In this document: positions 1 to 12,900 of the stretch, one piece after another
Layout: each line of letters opens with the position of its first letter
Position numbering within the stretch: the stretch's first letter is position 1
DNA from: Phallusia mammillata
Taxonomy: Eukaryota
Direction of reading: 5' to 3'
NCBI GenBank assembly: GCA_965637545.1
Contig: OZ281496.1
Coordinates: forward strand, 3,782,001 to 3,846,000
Length of the DNA: 64,000 bases
The notes under the pieces: model-generated
Seen by the model: the letters and a program-made list of their open reading frames with translations, nothing else
Database searches by the model: none
Told to the model about the DNA's origin: nothing
Made by a program: the position numbers and the translations under genes

Positions 1-164
1 AGATTGAAACCACCTTGTTTTTATGAATCAAACGTTCCAGATTCATACTGACAAACGGAATGATGCAAGTAATGGGGCTCGATGAAATACAAAATCTTTG
101 TTTGACTTAAAGTCACCCTCAATAGTGTGGCATTTTTAACACGGGACTTAAATATTTCACTTAC

Positions 165-1428
165 CTTTCTTTTACGTTCCAACTCAATCTTCTGAAAGGA
201 ACAAAACCCGGTGAAATGCATTTATTGCAATATATTGCCCTAAGCGGCTTTCAAAGATCAGTAAAGTAGAATTAGTGACTAAAAACACAGCAAGGGCCGA
301 TAACCTTATATTAACTTCAACTATATTGGTATAAAATTCCAAAGAAATAACTAAACAAACAATGGTTTTGACAAAAAGCAACTCCTCAAAATTATGTTAC
401 CATGGATGGTTGTGATGCCGGTGAAGAGGCTGATCCGGAAACATTCTAAAATTTAAATGTAAATGCTAAAAGCATTTTTTTAGAATAACTTGCTCAGAAA
501 TTGTGTTCCCTAAACACCATCGCCCAAAGTTAACCAAAAATGGCAAAAAAATAAAAAAATACACACGATAAGCTGGGATTCTTGGTTCCACAAACTTGTT
601 TGTTGGTTTATGTTACAGCAATGTAATTTATACAACAAAGGTTCTCTCAGTATAAAGTTTTATTTGTTGCTTATATCATATTTTTTGTTAAAATTCACTC
701 AAGTTTTGGAAGGATATTTTCTTTCAGAAAATACAAGTTATAAATTGCAAATTCAACAATTTTCCATTTAATACGTGTCATGAAGATGTAATAAAAACGG
801 GGAAACTAGAATTGTAACTAATATATTTTAGTAGCCTACCGTTTTTTCTTCGATAAATTCGCCGCTTGTACTTGAAGTGTGGATTGGCTGTTCCACTATG
901 TTATCTTTCAAAGTTATTACCTTTGCTTTTTCCGCTAAATCAGATGAAAAAAGAGTATATTCTTAAAAATACCACTGCTTGCACAAAAAATACCAAACTT
1001 GTCTTTAAATTGTAACTGAATCCTTTATTATTCTGTTTGTAACCTACATTTATTTGAAAAATCCAGGCCTACAAAATAACACAAAACTTAAATAAGGTGT
1101 TGTGTTTAAATTATTCTTTGAAAGTTAGACATTATATCTCAACTCTCACGCAAATTTATTAATTATAACAATTATTAATTTGCTTTGCAATATCTCATCG
1201 CCAAGAGAGCAAAACTTGTTGGTTCTAATCCCACCACACTTGTGTTTTACGTATCAATTAAAAACATCAATCTAACTTATTGGAAACCTGGCGACACGAA
1301 CCGATTAAGTTTGTCATTATCCTTCTTCTATATATCACGAACAACATAAACAAAAAACTAACCTTTTTTTGTTGGTTCCCCCATATACGTCGAAGCTTCT
1401 CTTTTGCAATGGTTTAAAACACATGCAC
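165..1428 (-). CDS. Micro-exon gene family member C (partial; runs off the left edge)
   Basis: Phase-consistent AG/GT exons on minus: 1428-1363 (GACVLNHCKREASTYMGEPTKK, phase 1-1), 934-840 (AEKAKVITLKDNIVEQPIHTSSTSGEFIEEKT, 1-0), 445-401 (NVSGSASSPASQPSM, 0-0), 191-165 (KIELERKRK, 0-0). Homologous exons occur at 18692-18789 and 60529-60555. Confidence 0.5.
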
Positions 1429-2500
1429 CTAAAATTGATGCAAACAGAAATATTCTATCCAATATACTGTAAAACAGACTAAGTAAAGTAAATACAAAGA
1501 CGCAGATTTGGATTTTTCACATAATCGGAGAATAAATGATGTCACCAATACGATGTAGGCTATTCAGCTTTAATAGTTGACAGGTTGAAAAATAAAACTT
1601 AAAATCTGAAAGCTAAACAAGTTACACGGATGTTTTGATGCTTCAAAATCTATTTAGCTTATTGTCATGTCGAGCCACATCTATGTTGTAACAAGCAAAG
1701 CTGTAGTATTTGGTCAGCATTATTTTTGACATGAAATTAGAACAAACACTGAACGGTAAGTAAAGGTCTAATAACAAATGGTTCGGGCGTACAAACATAT
1801 GATCAAAATGTATTTAACATGTAACATTTGTTTCTAGCTTAGTTCTTACGAGGCTGGTTTCGTTTGATAGGTAAATTGCACCATTTAAATGCACTTAATT
1901 ACAATATTCAAACACACACAAAAAACACAACATGCAATCACAACAATGTTATAAAACCACAACTTTAAGGCAAGTAACGTACCCTCACTTATTTGTGCCA
2001 AATAAACCAACTTTTAAAATCAGAAATCCACACACAACCATAACACAAACCGTTTTGCGCAGGTTCAAGCTGCTTGATAGGCAGAAAGCAATCGGTAGGC
2101 GATCGTTCGTTCATTTCTACGGGATATGAGCGCCGGAATCAGTCAAGCGCGAAACCAGAGAGCAAAAATGAAACAAATAGTCTTACGCAGGTTTGAGCGA
2201 ACGCGATATGCTCAGTGCAAACGGGCTGTCAGGACTCGTTCACGCAAAACCTCATCTCAGTGGGGCACATGAGGTTTTGCGGTTTCCGTTAAAAGCCTTA
2301 GGTTACCAAACGCTGGTCTGTTGCCTAATACAAAGGAAATCGGTCATATTTTCAGTAATATTTTCCAGGCATCAAAATTTTTTATGAATTTTTTTCATAT
2401 CAGAGATACATGCTTTTGTCATCCGATTGATTACTTTTGTAAAAGCACAACTCAAATCTTATAAAGAAACAACGGGTACCCGACTACGTCACACACATAA

Positions 2501-2640
2501 TGACGTCACTATGACGTCATCATAGAATTATACAGACCTTCCAAAAAACGCCAATTTGTGAAATATACATCGTAGCGTACTCAAACTTTACACATGACGT
2601 CATCATACCTTCTGATGACGTCATACCAGAAATGACGTCA
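2501..2640. repeat. Cluster of five perfect TGACGTCA palindromes
   Basis: TGACGTCA at 2501, 2512, 2595, 2616 and 2633, with another at 3783. Could be the interior of a non-autonomous repeat or a CRE/ATF-site cluster. Confidence 0.6.
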
Positions 2641-4624
2641 ATCGCACATCATTAACACAACTTTTTTACATCTTAAACTAAGTTAACTCTGTGATGCTAC
2701 CAATGCAAATACAACGTAGCGCCTCTGTGGTAAAACAGGAGTTAGGTACAGTCCCGCAAAAATACTTAAAATGGCGATGATGAATGAGTGCATGTTACGA
2801 CCCTAGTTTGCCAAGATAATTAAGATGGCTATTTAACCTAGACCGTACGTGAGTTCTGTTTAATGTGTTCCCTAACCTGACATGGCTCAGAGTCTGACAA
2901 AATCTCACTCTTGTTTGGGTTAATAAGACAAGGTTGTTATTATGTAAAAGTATCCACAACTGTTAACAAATATACAACTGAGAGCTATTAAGTCATAAGA
3001 TAAACGCAAACTAAACACACATCCGAACACACAATCATGTCAGAACCAAACTTACACTCTACCGTACATCTACAACACAAATATATATACGCCATGGTCG
3101 AGCAATTACGCAATTTCATAGAAACATAAAGAAACATGTTGTAAGTAAGAGAAACAAGCATTACGCAAAGAGGAAGGACGAGAAAGAGAGAGTAGCTAGC
3201 AGACACGAACACTAACGCCTGAGGGCTATAACATTAACTTTGGTTGTCCAGCTAAAAGCATTGCGTGCGAACCAAAGATTGGCAACTGTATAAGAATGCG
3301 ATTAAAAAGTCCATTTTGCAACGGAAAGTTCCAGAACGAAATCAGCGCTTTACCGAATTGTTTAAAACGGTTGCGAAATCCTGAGATGCATGACATAACG
3401 TGACTATTTTCGTGACCAAGTTCAAATGACGTAATCATGTAACGTTAAACACGTTACAGTGCATCCAAAGCAAGAAACCGTGCATGGAAATGCCTGTTTA
3501 TATGGTTACACCCGCGTGTGATCATACTGACCCAATTACAAGTCACCAACAGCCGTAAATCAAATGAAAAATAATATGTCGAGATGTGAATTGTAATGCC
3601 CAAATATAACATTGTAAACATTGGATCAGGTTCGATGGAAAAGGCAATTTTTTACAAAGCGACAATCCCGATATCTATGTAAAGATCGATTCCTCCTCTC
3701 AACCTTGCACCCCTTACTTTGCCCAACCAAGTACGTGCGCCATCCAGCGATTGTTTAAACAAAGGAAGTTTTTATCGCATTGTGACGTCACAACGGATTA
3801 TGGTAAAACTATGGGACCGCGTTCGATGGAAAGAGTAATACTTCTTGATAGTTCATGCAAAATTTCGAATTAGTACCTTGAAAGGTTTGTTGTTAATAGC
3901 TGCCCCAACGGTGGCATTTCCAAGCCACGCAAGCGCTGACTTTAACAGCGTAAAAGGCCTATGCTTGCACCATGTGTACTTTCTTGGCCAGAAATTTTGC
4001 GTACCTTCTACTGGTTTTTCGGCTGGCAACATTGAATGTTTTTTAACCTAGGAACCGTCTTATAAATTTTTATGTCAGATTGTGTTTTGTAAAACATTGC
4101 GCAACTTTTTGTGTTTGAATCTAAAATGCCTTGTTTGTTTGTTTATTGTTTTTTGTTTAAAAACCCGTTGGGCGGGCAACGTCTAAATGCGTTTTGTCAC
4201 GATGGTTTGTAAAAAAGCTGCCTGTGTGACCGGAGCAGGTTTAGATCCCATTGGATTTTGAACACAAGTCGATTTGGTTACTATTCGGCCAAATTAAACG
4301 TATATTTGCTTGATTTGATTTCTGACGTCGCACTTTAGTCTCTTTTTATTTTGGGAAAATCAAAGTTGCTTGCGAAAACTAAAAAAGGTTAACAACTGGA
4401 TAATATTGTTTCGAGGTTACGAAACCCATGACATGCTGATATTTTTGTCTTCGCCTTGTTGCAATAAAAATATTCAGAACCAGGTCGATTATGTATTAAG
4501 ACGCTTGCTGACTTGTCATTGCGCAATGTAAATAGTAGTTTAACATTATTATTGGGCAGCACCAACATTTAAGAACGGGTTCTGGTAACAAATGCTCTCG
4601 CATACTTATGCATATTTATTGCAG

Positions 4625-4818
4625 ACACTCCAGGAGACAAAGATGAAGTAAATGAAGCAGCTGACAACATCTTCCACCTTGTGATGTTTGTTCCTGTGGC
4701 TACTGTAATTATCGCAGCTGGTTACCTTGTATGGGGCAAAATGGCCCAAGATGTAAAATCTAAACAAATTATCCTGCAGATAACATTTCACAATAACTTT
4801 CCGCAAATTGCATTGTAG
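4625..4818 (+). pseudogene. Orphan terminal (TM) exon of a CUB-ZP paralog of the gene-2 type
   Basis: ttgcag|AC ACT CCA GGA GAC... gives DTPGDKDEVNEAADNIFHLVMFVPVATVIIAAGYLVWGKMAQ..., matching 29509-29639. There is an L>P change in the TM, and a +1 indel moves the stop to 4816-4818. No upstream CUB/ZP exons were found in 1-4590. Confidence 0.75.
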
Positions 4819-6492
4819 TGATTCTCACGAGATAAAATCGCTTTAAATTTTCCCCAAAACAACAAACTAGGCAGCGATTTATTCCCAAATTCGGTTTCAA
4901 AAGAGGCTTCAAAAACTAGTCACTACGGTACATTTTATATTTTTTCGTGCTTTATTTTTATTAGAAAATTTCCTCGTCAAAGTTTGTTTGTTTCAATGAC
5001 TGTAGAACAATACAATCGGATGCAATTGATACTGTGTGTGCATTGGTTATACGGACACCAAAGTCACATTTTTGCTTTTCACGTTTCAATTAGCCATTTT
5101 GGAGTAGCATGTATCTCTTAATCAAATTGTGAGAGGAACTACTACGAAGTTTGTAACATTATAAGCAAATGGCTGTTTTTTTAATAGTTGCTACATTTGA
5201 ATGATTCATAGGAACCACTAAGTAAAACTAGAATGGAAGTTTAGAAATGGCAGTCACAGCCAGAATAAAGTTTTATGGTCAAAACATTTACTGGTTAAGT
5301 ATTAAACAAGTTTTTGGATGTCGAGAGGAAATAATCTTAACAAGCTTATTTGTGGTGGATTTGGTTTGCAAGTTGGGATTGTTTCTTATGGTGACTGAAT
5401 ACGATTTTATTTTTAACTTAATGCCTCCACCTAGTGTATTGATTGTTTCCAACGTTACATTTAGTTTCGGATACAAACCAACCTACGACAAACATGTATA
5501 ATCTGTTGAATCAAATCTTCACAAACAAATACACATTTTACATATTTATGTTTCAAAGAAAATCCATGAGTTTCGTTGCTCTATTAGTCTGATATTTTAA
5601 CGGTTTAGATTTGGTTGGTCTTATCTATTTTAACATTTTTATTCATTAAATGTTTTGACCAGTGGAAACACATATGTTTATATTTAACTGTAATTGTTTA
5701 ATAATTTGGATTTCACCTTATTTTTTATTATGGCACCTTTAAAACGTACCGCTAGTTTGCCATATTTATTAACTACTGTCACGCACCAATGATTTTGACA
5801 TCGACGAGTCGCGCCTGCACATTTGTAATTGTCCGGTGAGGTCATGTGAGTTTTGTGCTGCCATGTTTCGTGCTATATTTAGGGTAGTTCTTGCCTGGGC
5901 CTTATGGTGTTTAGAGCGTTCGCATTGTAGCTGCAAAACATGGCGGTGTTGTGTTGCAACTTATTGAAACTTTGGAGATAGCCAACGTCCTTTCAGTTTT
6001 ATATTTATTATTTCTATTAAACTTACATTAGTTGTTCAGTGTGAACATTACACCTTTGTCTTTAGCAGTCAGCCGTCAGTGCAGGAGAAATCTATTAAGT
6101 TAAAGGCGGTGATCCGCTATAATAGTGGATAGGGTTGGGTAAGCTTACTCTGTTCAGTCAAAGTTAACCACCTCGCCTTTCCCTCAAATCCTAGGCCAAA
6201 TCCGGGTTCACCTAACTAATTTCGGTTACAATTATACCGATTTTTAATATTTTTACCTGAATCAAATGGTGTGTCGGTGGCGTTGTAAATGACCAAAATG
6301 TTTGCTTGTGCTGGGAAAGTCTCTGACATGTTCGACCGAACGTCAATTCACCAGTTTGATTGCTTCCTCTTGTATTTGAGCTGTAACTGTGTCGTCATTG
6401 GCGTCGCTTTGCAAGTAGGCGCTTGATAAATAAATGTGAGGCAATATTGAGAAGTTTCAGGTTTCCAACCGGAGTGCCGATATACCCTAATG

Positions 6493-6817
6493 CAGGGGTT
6501 CCCAACCTTTTTACGATCTCATACCAAATGACGCTCTCTACTGCCACGCGTACCACTTCCTGCAGAACAACTAATTGGCTCGACATATATTTAATTGAGA
6601 ATAATAATATTGGCCTACTAACCACTAAAGCACCACAACCAAATTTAACGAGATTTTTGTGTTTGTTTACTGTCTACCAATTGGTCGATGCGCGGTGTAA
6701 ATTTGCTAACAGCGCATCGAAAGTCATTTCCGGGCGCACCCAGTTTTTGTGAAAAAAACGGAAGCTACTGGCGTACCACCTGAAAAACCTTCGCGTACCA
6801 CAGGTTGGGAACCCCTG
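6493..6817. mobile_element. hAT-type MITE (325 bp) just upstream of the gene-1 ATG
   Basis: 16-bp TIR CAGGGGTTCCCAACCT / AGGTTGGGAACCCCTG. Perfect 8-bp TSD CCCTAATG (6485-6492, 6818-6825). Empty site CCCTTATG in the paralog at ~33468. Confidence 0.9.
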
Positions 6818-6900
6818 CCCTAATGTGACATGTTTGTTGCAGAGGGTGCAGATTTCAGGTACTTAGTGATATTGCTGTTAATTATATCTCCAAAGTAAAA

Positions 6901-9900
6901 ATGTCAAGTCGACTATTAAAAGCGGCTCTTTTTGTGAGCGCTCTGAGTATGCTCCTCCGAGGTTAGTGACTTTATTGATTTTTGTTGTGATTTCAACTTA
7001 AGTGGTATGCATGATAAGTCAAATTCTGGCAGTACGACAACATTAAGCTTTGCTGTGCGTTTTTCTGGAGGACCACGAGTACAAGCTCAGTAGAAACGAC
7101 CAAAACAGTGGTCGGCAACCGCCGGTACGCGACGAGTTCGTTATCAGGCTGTATAATCTTTAAGGTTTTAAATGGTCTAAAACATTTTGTCCATGTATCC
7201 CGGGGAATACAAACTAATTTAGGTTTTTTCATTGCCAAATATTTGTAGTTTTTTTTAAGACCGGTCCGCGATAAAACTTTAGTTTCAAAAACGGTCTGCA
7301 GTAGAGAAAAGGTTGCCGACACCTGCTCCAAAAGACATTAATGTTGTGTTGCAAATATCACGGATGTTATATAAAGGGAGCTATGGGTCCCGAGGGTTAC
7401 TTAAAGGGGTAATCGATCTATAAAAGGCTGGGAATCACTGTTCTAGTATTGAGAAATCAGAGAGAGTAACACGAGGACAAAAATTCAGGCCCCACATTGA
7501 TTAGATATAGTTTAGTATTTAAAAAAATATTTTCTACTTTAGTATTAATGCGACATCTTTAGGCGAGCATTCTTCTTGGCTAATACGTATATATCAAGGG
7601 AAATATTGGTTGTGGCCAGGAGAAGTCCTGCAAAGCATCGTTTTCAACTTGATATAGATTTTCGTTTTTTTTTAGTATCCTATAATGCCGCTTTTCGTAT
7701 TTTTTGCAGCTGAAACTGCTTCCTAGCATAATAAACAGAGTGGCAATATCCATCGTTGCGCCTTTTTTAATTTTTATGTATTTTAGTTGCACACCAACCA
7801 AGTAACATCCCACAAACCCTTTATGTCATACAACAATACCTGGTCATACGGCACAAGGGGAGACTGTCCGTTATATTGTCGAACATTGAAAGATATATTT
7901 TCGTAAATTGAAAACTTTGGAATATGTAGGCTTAAACAAGTAAATTGGGCGAAAATACGCCATGGTGGCGAACAGGCTTGTATGAGAGCTAAAGCTTGTT
8001 AAACAGCATGTTATACTGTTTTACTTAAAATGGTGCTTGTATCATTTAGTTTCCGACACACTGTGTGCAGTGGAGAATGTAAGCGGTGCTCATTATTATA
8101 CAACAATTGCCCCTAACTGTAACACATGGGCCCGACGATTTGTTTCAACTGGAGATTCTTCTCGGTTAATTGCACATTTCCGTTTGGGACAGCTTGCTGC
8201 AAACAACTTTTGCAAGGTAAAACTTTACGAACTTAGTCCTTGAAATGAGCCTAATTCGAAATTCGTCCGTTCGTTTCCGCGTAGGTTCGAATTTCATTTC
8301 TTTCAGTTAGATTTTAAATACTTTCCTAACCTTATGCGCAAATCGTGAACAAAAAACATCTAGATTTACGAGGGATCCGACGACCAAGGTAAATTAGCTG
8401 GAACGTTGGAAGGTGGAGGCTTATCTTTTCCAGTTATCGTTGAAAGTTCGTCTGCTTATATATCTTGTGTCACAGACCTCACATCGGAATCTGTGTCGTT
8501 TTGTCTACAACCATGTAAGTCAGGCTTACGATTCATTTAAAACCGAAACTTAAAGCATATATTGTAGATGAAACATGTTTTCGGGTCGATATCAGCAACA
8601 AATAAAATGATGTCAAATCTATTATTTTGCAGACATTGAAAAAAATAATAATTTGCAAACATAGTTTTAATGTAAAAAAATCGCAGTTGATGAGCACTTT
8701 TTAAACAGTGGTGATATTCCATTGCTTATCGGATCGACAACTACACATAAGTCACAGAAAATCGACAACACGATGGTCAAAACAATTGCTTGGAACTATT
8801 TTACCAGCTGTGTTGTCTCAAGCTAAACTTTTTGTGTTTTATAGTTACTTCGTGCGGGGAAGATGTTGCTGATATACCGTACAATTTACTATCTCCGATG
8901 TTTCCTGGTAACTACCCCAACCTTGCTGGTTGTATTTGGAGACTTCAAATGAATTGCAGCACAACCTTATTGTTCCAATTTTCCTCATTTGACACTGAAA
9001 CCAACTACGACATTCTATACGTAAGTGTCTTAACTTATAATATAACCTAAAAATCCAGGAGATATTGACAACGCATATAATCGAGTGGAAACGGTTTGTT
9101 ATCTGTGGGACATTTCCTGCCGCACGCACTGAAAGTAATACATGATTAAGTTTTTTTTTAAATGTATTTTAGAGTAACATATTTATTATAAACTGATTTT
9201 GCAGTGCGAAAAAGTTCACTTCTAATATTGAGGAAAGCAATAAATTTGTTTAAAGTGAAATCCTATTTTTGTTAAGCGCCTAACTAAATGATGAAAAACT
9301 TGCGGCTTTAAGAAGGTATGCGGCCTTTTATGACAAAAAGTGCGCCCCCCCTGCGGCATAATGTTAACATTCCTGAACATACGAAAAGTAACTAAATGGA
9401 GTATTGTTTTCAGTTCAAGAACGAAGAGGGTATTGTGGACAGATTTTCTGGGACGCTTCGATCATCTGATTACACGATGACAGCAACAAATCTTACTGTT
9501 GTGTTTTTGACCGACGGTAGCGGGCAATACAGAGGATTTAATGCGACAGTAGGTGAGGCAAATCTTCTTTCAGGCACACAATTTTGACATGCAAATAATA
9601 ATAATACACTTGATCTCAGCTAGCATGGGTTGTGGTACGATGTAAAAAAACTTCAATATTTATTTTAAAAACTAAGATCTAGTCAATAAGATAACACCGA
9701 ATAATTGCGACAAGTGCTATAGATTTCCTTTTGGTTTAGCTAATTACATTCTAGAGAGTTCCCCACGGGCTCTTTTGACATCAAGTTCTTATTTTTGGTT
9801 CTGTCTCACCAAATTACATCATTTTGTTAGTTCGCTGATGCCAAGCTGTACCATTTTATATGATAAAAATGCGGGGTAAATAAAATCCATTAAATTATTA

Positions 9901-12900
9901 TCACAATATAAAAGCCATGAAATGTTTGAAATAACAAATTTAATAAAAGCAATGAAATAACAAATTTAATGCGTGGAAGTAAATTTTAATCCATAAAAAG
10001 TGGACTAGTGCTCGAACTTTATTATCACGGTTTAAGAATGCTTTTTGTGTAGAAATACAACCAACTGTTGAATGTAGGACTGCAAATTTGATCATAAGGT
10101 AGGTTAATACTTTCTTTTTGATTCTTTTGTGAAATTTATTGATAATTGTTGAAAGTAATAATCAGAAGATTGTTGAAAAAATTTGAAGTATTTCAAGCAT
10201 TTTGTTGTGCTGCCTGTTTTTGTCATAAGCCTGCAATTGCTTGTTTTTCATTGATTGAGACATCTTTTACTTATCAGCAATGGGTCTTCTAATGGGATGC
10301 CGCTAGAAAAACTGCAACATAGTATAAATGTTTGGAAAATAAAAAAAATGACAGGTTGTCTAGACTTTTATAATGCCCAAAAACACGACAGTCCAATTTT
10401 CGCAGAGTAACAGCTGATCAACAGAACACATTAGATTACGAACTCGGTGACACACTTTACATCGCATTGGACAGGGAAACTCCCCTTTCTCAACTCAATA
10501 ACAGCTGCAAGGTCACGGGGTCAAACCCAGTGTTTACGTTTGACATTGGCCAATGCAAAGGTGTTTTTAAGGTAAAATTGGATTTTGTTCTGAACTCATA
10601 GACTATATGTCCTTATTATTTTTTTAGACAACATTATTCGTTAGAAGTAATAAACATTGCATGGCTAGGGGTAATAATAAAGTGCAATAAGCTTTTTATT
10701 GCTGCATAATAAAAATGAAATACCAATTTTGAAATATAATGTAATTTTCGTGCTCTTATACAGAATGAAAACGGTATGGTGTCGGTGTCTTTCCTGATCT
10801 GGAGGTTTCTAGCTCCATCCCCTGCAGTGATCCAGCGTGACGTTCAAAACAAGCTCAATGTGACTTGTTTATTTGACGCGGACCTTCTTATCGCGTCATC
10901 CAAAATTAGTACACAAATCGGGTAAAGCGACGAAAAACAAACCATTATATAACAGCTATGGAGTGGCATTCGGCACAAGACATCATGTACAAGACACACA
11001 GTAGGCGTCATAAAACGTAACACGTAGTCTTTTGTTGACATCACTTTGAAACAAATTGACACTGGGAAAACAGAAATGTTCCATATGATACAAAACATCC
11101 AACCACACCACGAATGGCATACAGCAGTTAACACATTACACACGACACAGAACACATCAATCTACCCATGGCACAAACCACATGACACGCACGACACATT
11201 TGACATGAAATACAGTAAAAGTATACCACATCTGCCACATGTAACAAGACATGCACCCAACAGCACCTGCCGCACTATGTCTGACACGCATCACAGTTTG
11301 TCTTTCCCTTTCAATTTTTATTAATCGCAAACATTTTATTTATTGTAGATCTGCCGAAATTATTGCAAAGAAAAAAGGAAGTTTGGATGTCGACCTAAAT
11401 CTCTTCAGCAACGAATATTTTACCGAAAGCTTGCCCGGAGAAGTAACTGTGCCCAACTACATTTTTGCTAAATTTAAACTAGATGGGATTTCTGTAGGCG
11501 ATGATTACTTTATTGTCCAGGTGAATTGAAAACAAAATGCTTTTAGTGCAAGAAAACACTGCATTTACTAGTTTAGTTTTTAATAGTTCTGGCATCGTTG
11601 CACTGGTTTGTAAATTGAACTGTTAAAGTGGAATACCTTTCTTACAGCTGGAAACCTGTTGGGCGACACGCAGTGGAAACTCCAATAGTTTGCCGAATTA
11701 TCAAATTGTACAAAGCGGGTAAGATATACTTGAATTACCTCAACATTTTTTTCTCGTTTGGGAGCTTATTTCTTCAATGATTAATTTTCCACACCTGTAT
11801 TTCACTCTGTTTAACTTGGAATCGAAATATTTAGATGCGTAGTGCCACCCAGTGGAGGCGAGGCTGCCAACGCTAAGACGTTGATACGAAATTACGAATC
11901 CAACTTTGCAACTTTCAAGTTGATGAGCTTTGTGTGGACAAACTTTACCGACGCAGAACAATTTATCTATATCCACTGCGACGTGACCGTCTGTCATAAT
12001 TCAACTGGACAATGCCCTGAACAGGTGAGTTGAGTTAAGTATGTTGCTTCCAAACTGGTGTGTCCTAGGTTCGCTTGCCAATACGGTATATTTTCTGACA
12101 CCAGCTGCACTCATGAGATTTTACTTGTTTAATCAGTACAAAGGCCGAGTAGTCTGGCGCGTCTGACCCAAAAAGACCTAAAAAAAACTTGATCTGGATT
12201 AGTCCCCCATCCCGCCGTCTCGGGTCCGAACCACATGATAAAAACGATGTTTACTGTCCATAGCTTACATGCAAACTAAAGAGTATTTGAACCCTCTTGT
12301 TTGGTTCAGCTGATAGAGTAATAGCACGGATAATACGCGGTGCCGTGTAGGAATGCTTGGGAGACCGGCCTTTAATCGGCCTGACGCACTGTGTTTATAT
12401 ATATGTGTGTAATTCGGTATGACGCCTTCAATAAAACTGGTGTACAATGAAATATCAATATGAGTGTAATTGTTTTGCAGACTTGTTCTGGTAAGAAACG
12501 GCGATCTGTTGAAGACAATGGTCGCCATCAACTGCTTTCTGCAGGGCCAGTGCATATCGTTCAAGGTACCGGTTATATGCACTTGCTTGGTAACGCAATT
12601 TAAACATCATTTAATCTATATTCTAGATAATATTGCTGATACACGAGCTTTTGCTAAGCAAATTTGTAGTTCTAGCAAGCAGGTCACACCTCTTGGGGCA
12701 TAATAACTTAAGTTTTCGAAATATTTTCCCCATTTATTGTACTGTGGCTTGGTGACTACTTACATAGATGTATATGTGATTAACTTGACTGGTAACATTA
12801 ACAACCGCACCTTTGTTAACTGCCTTGACTTACTTCAAAAAAAGGCTATGTTTGCATCAAAAGACACATATAAATAGGTAAATAAAATTAGACAATTACC

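Noticed and set aside
11046-11324. His/Thr-rich 92-aa ORF in gene-1 intron 8
   Set aside because: It arises from CA-rich low-complexity sequence, starts at TTG, has no convincing splice sites and has no counterpart in genes 2 or 3.
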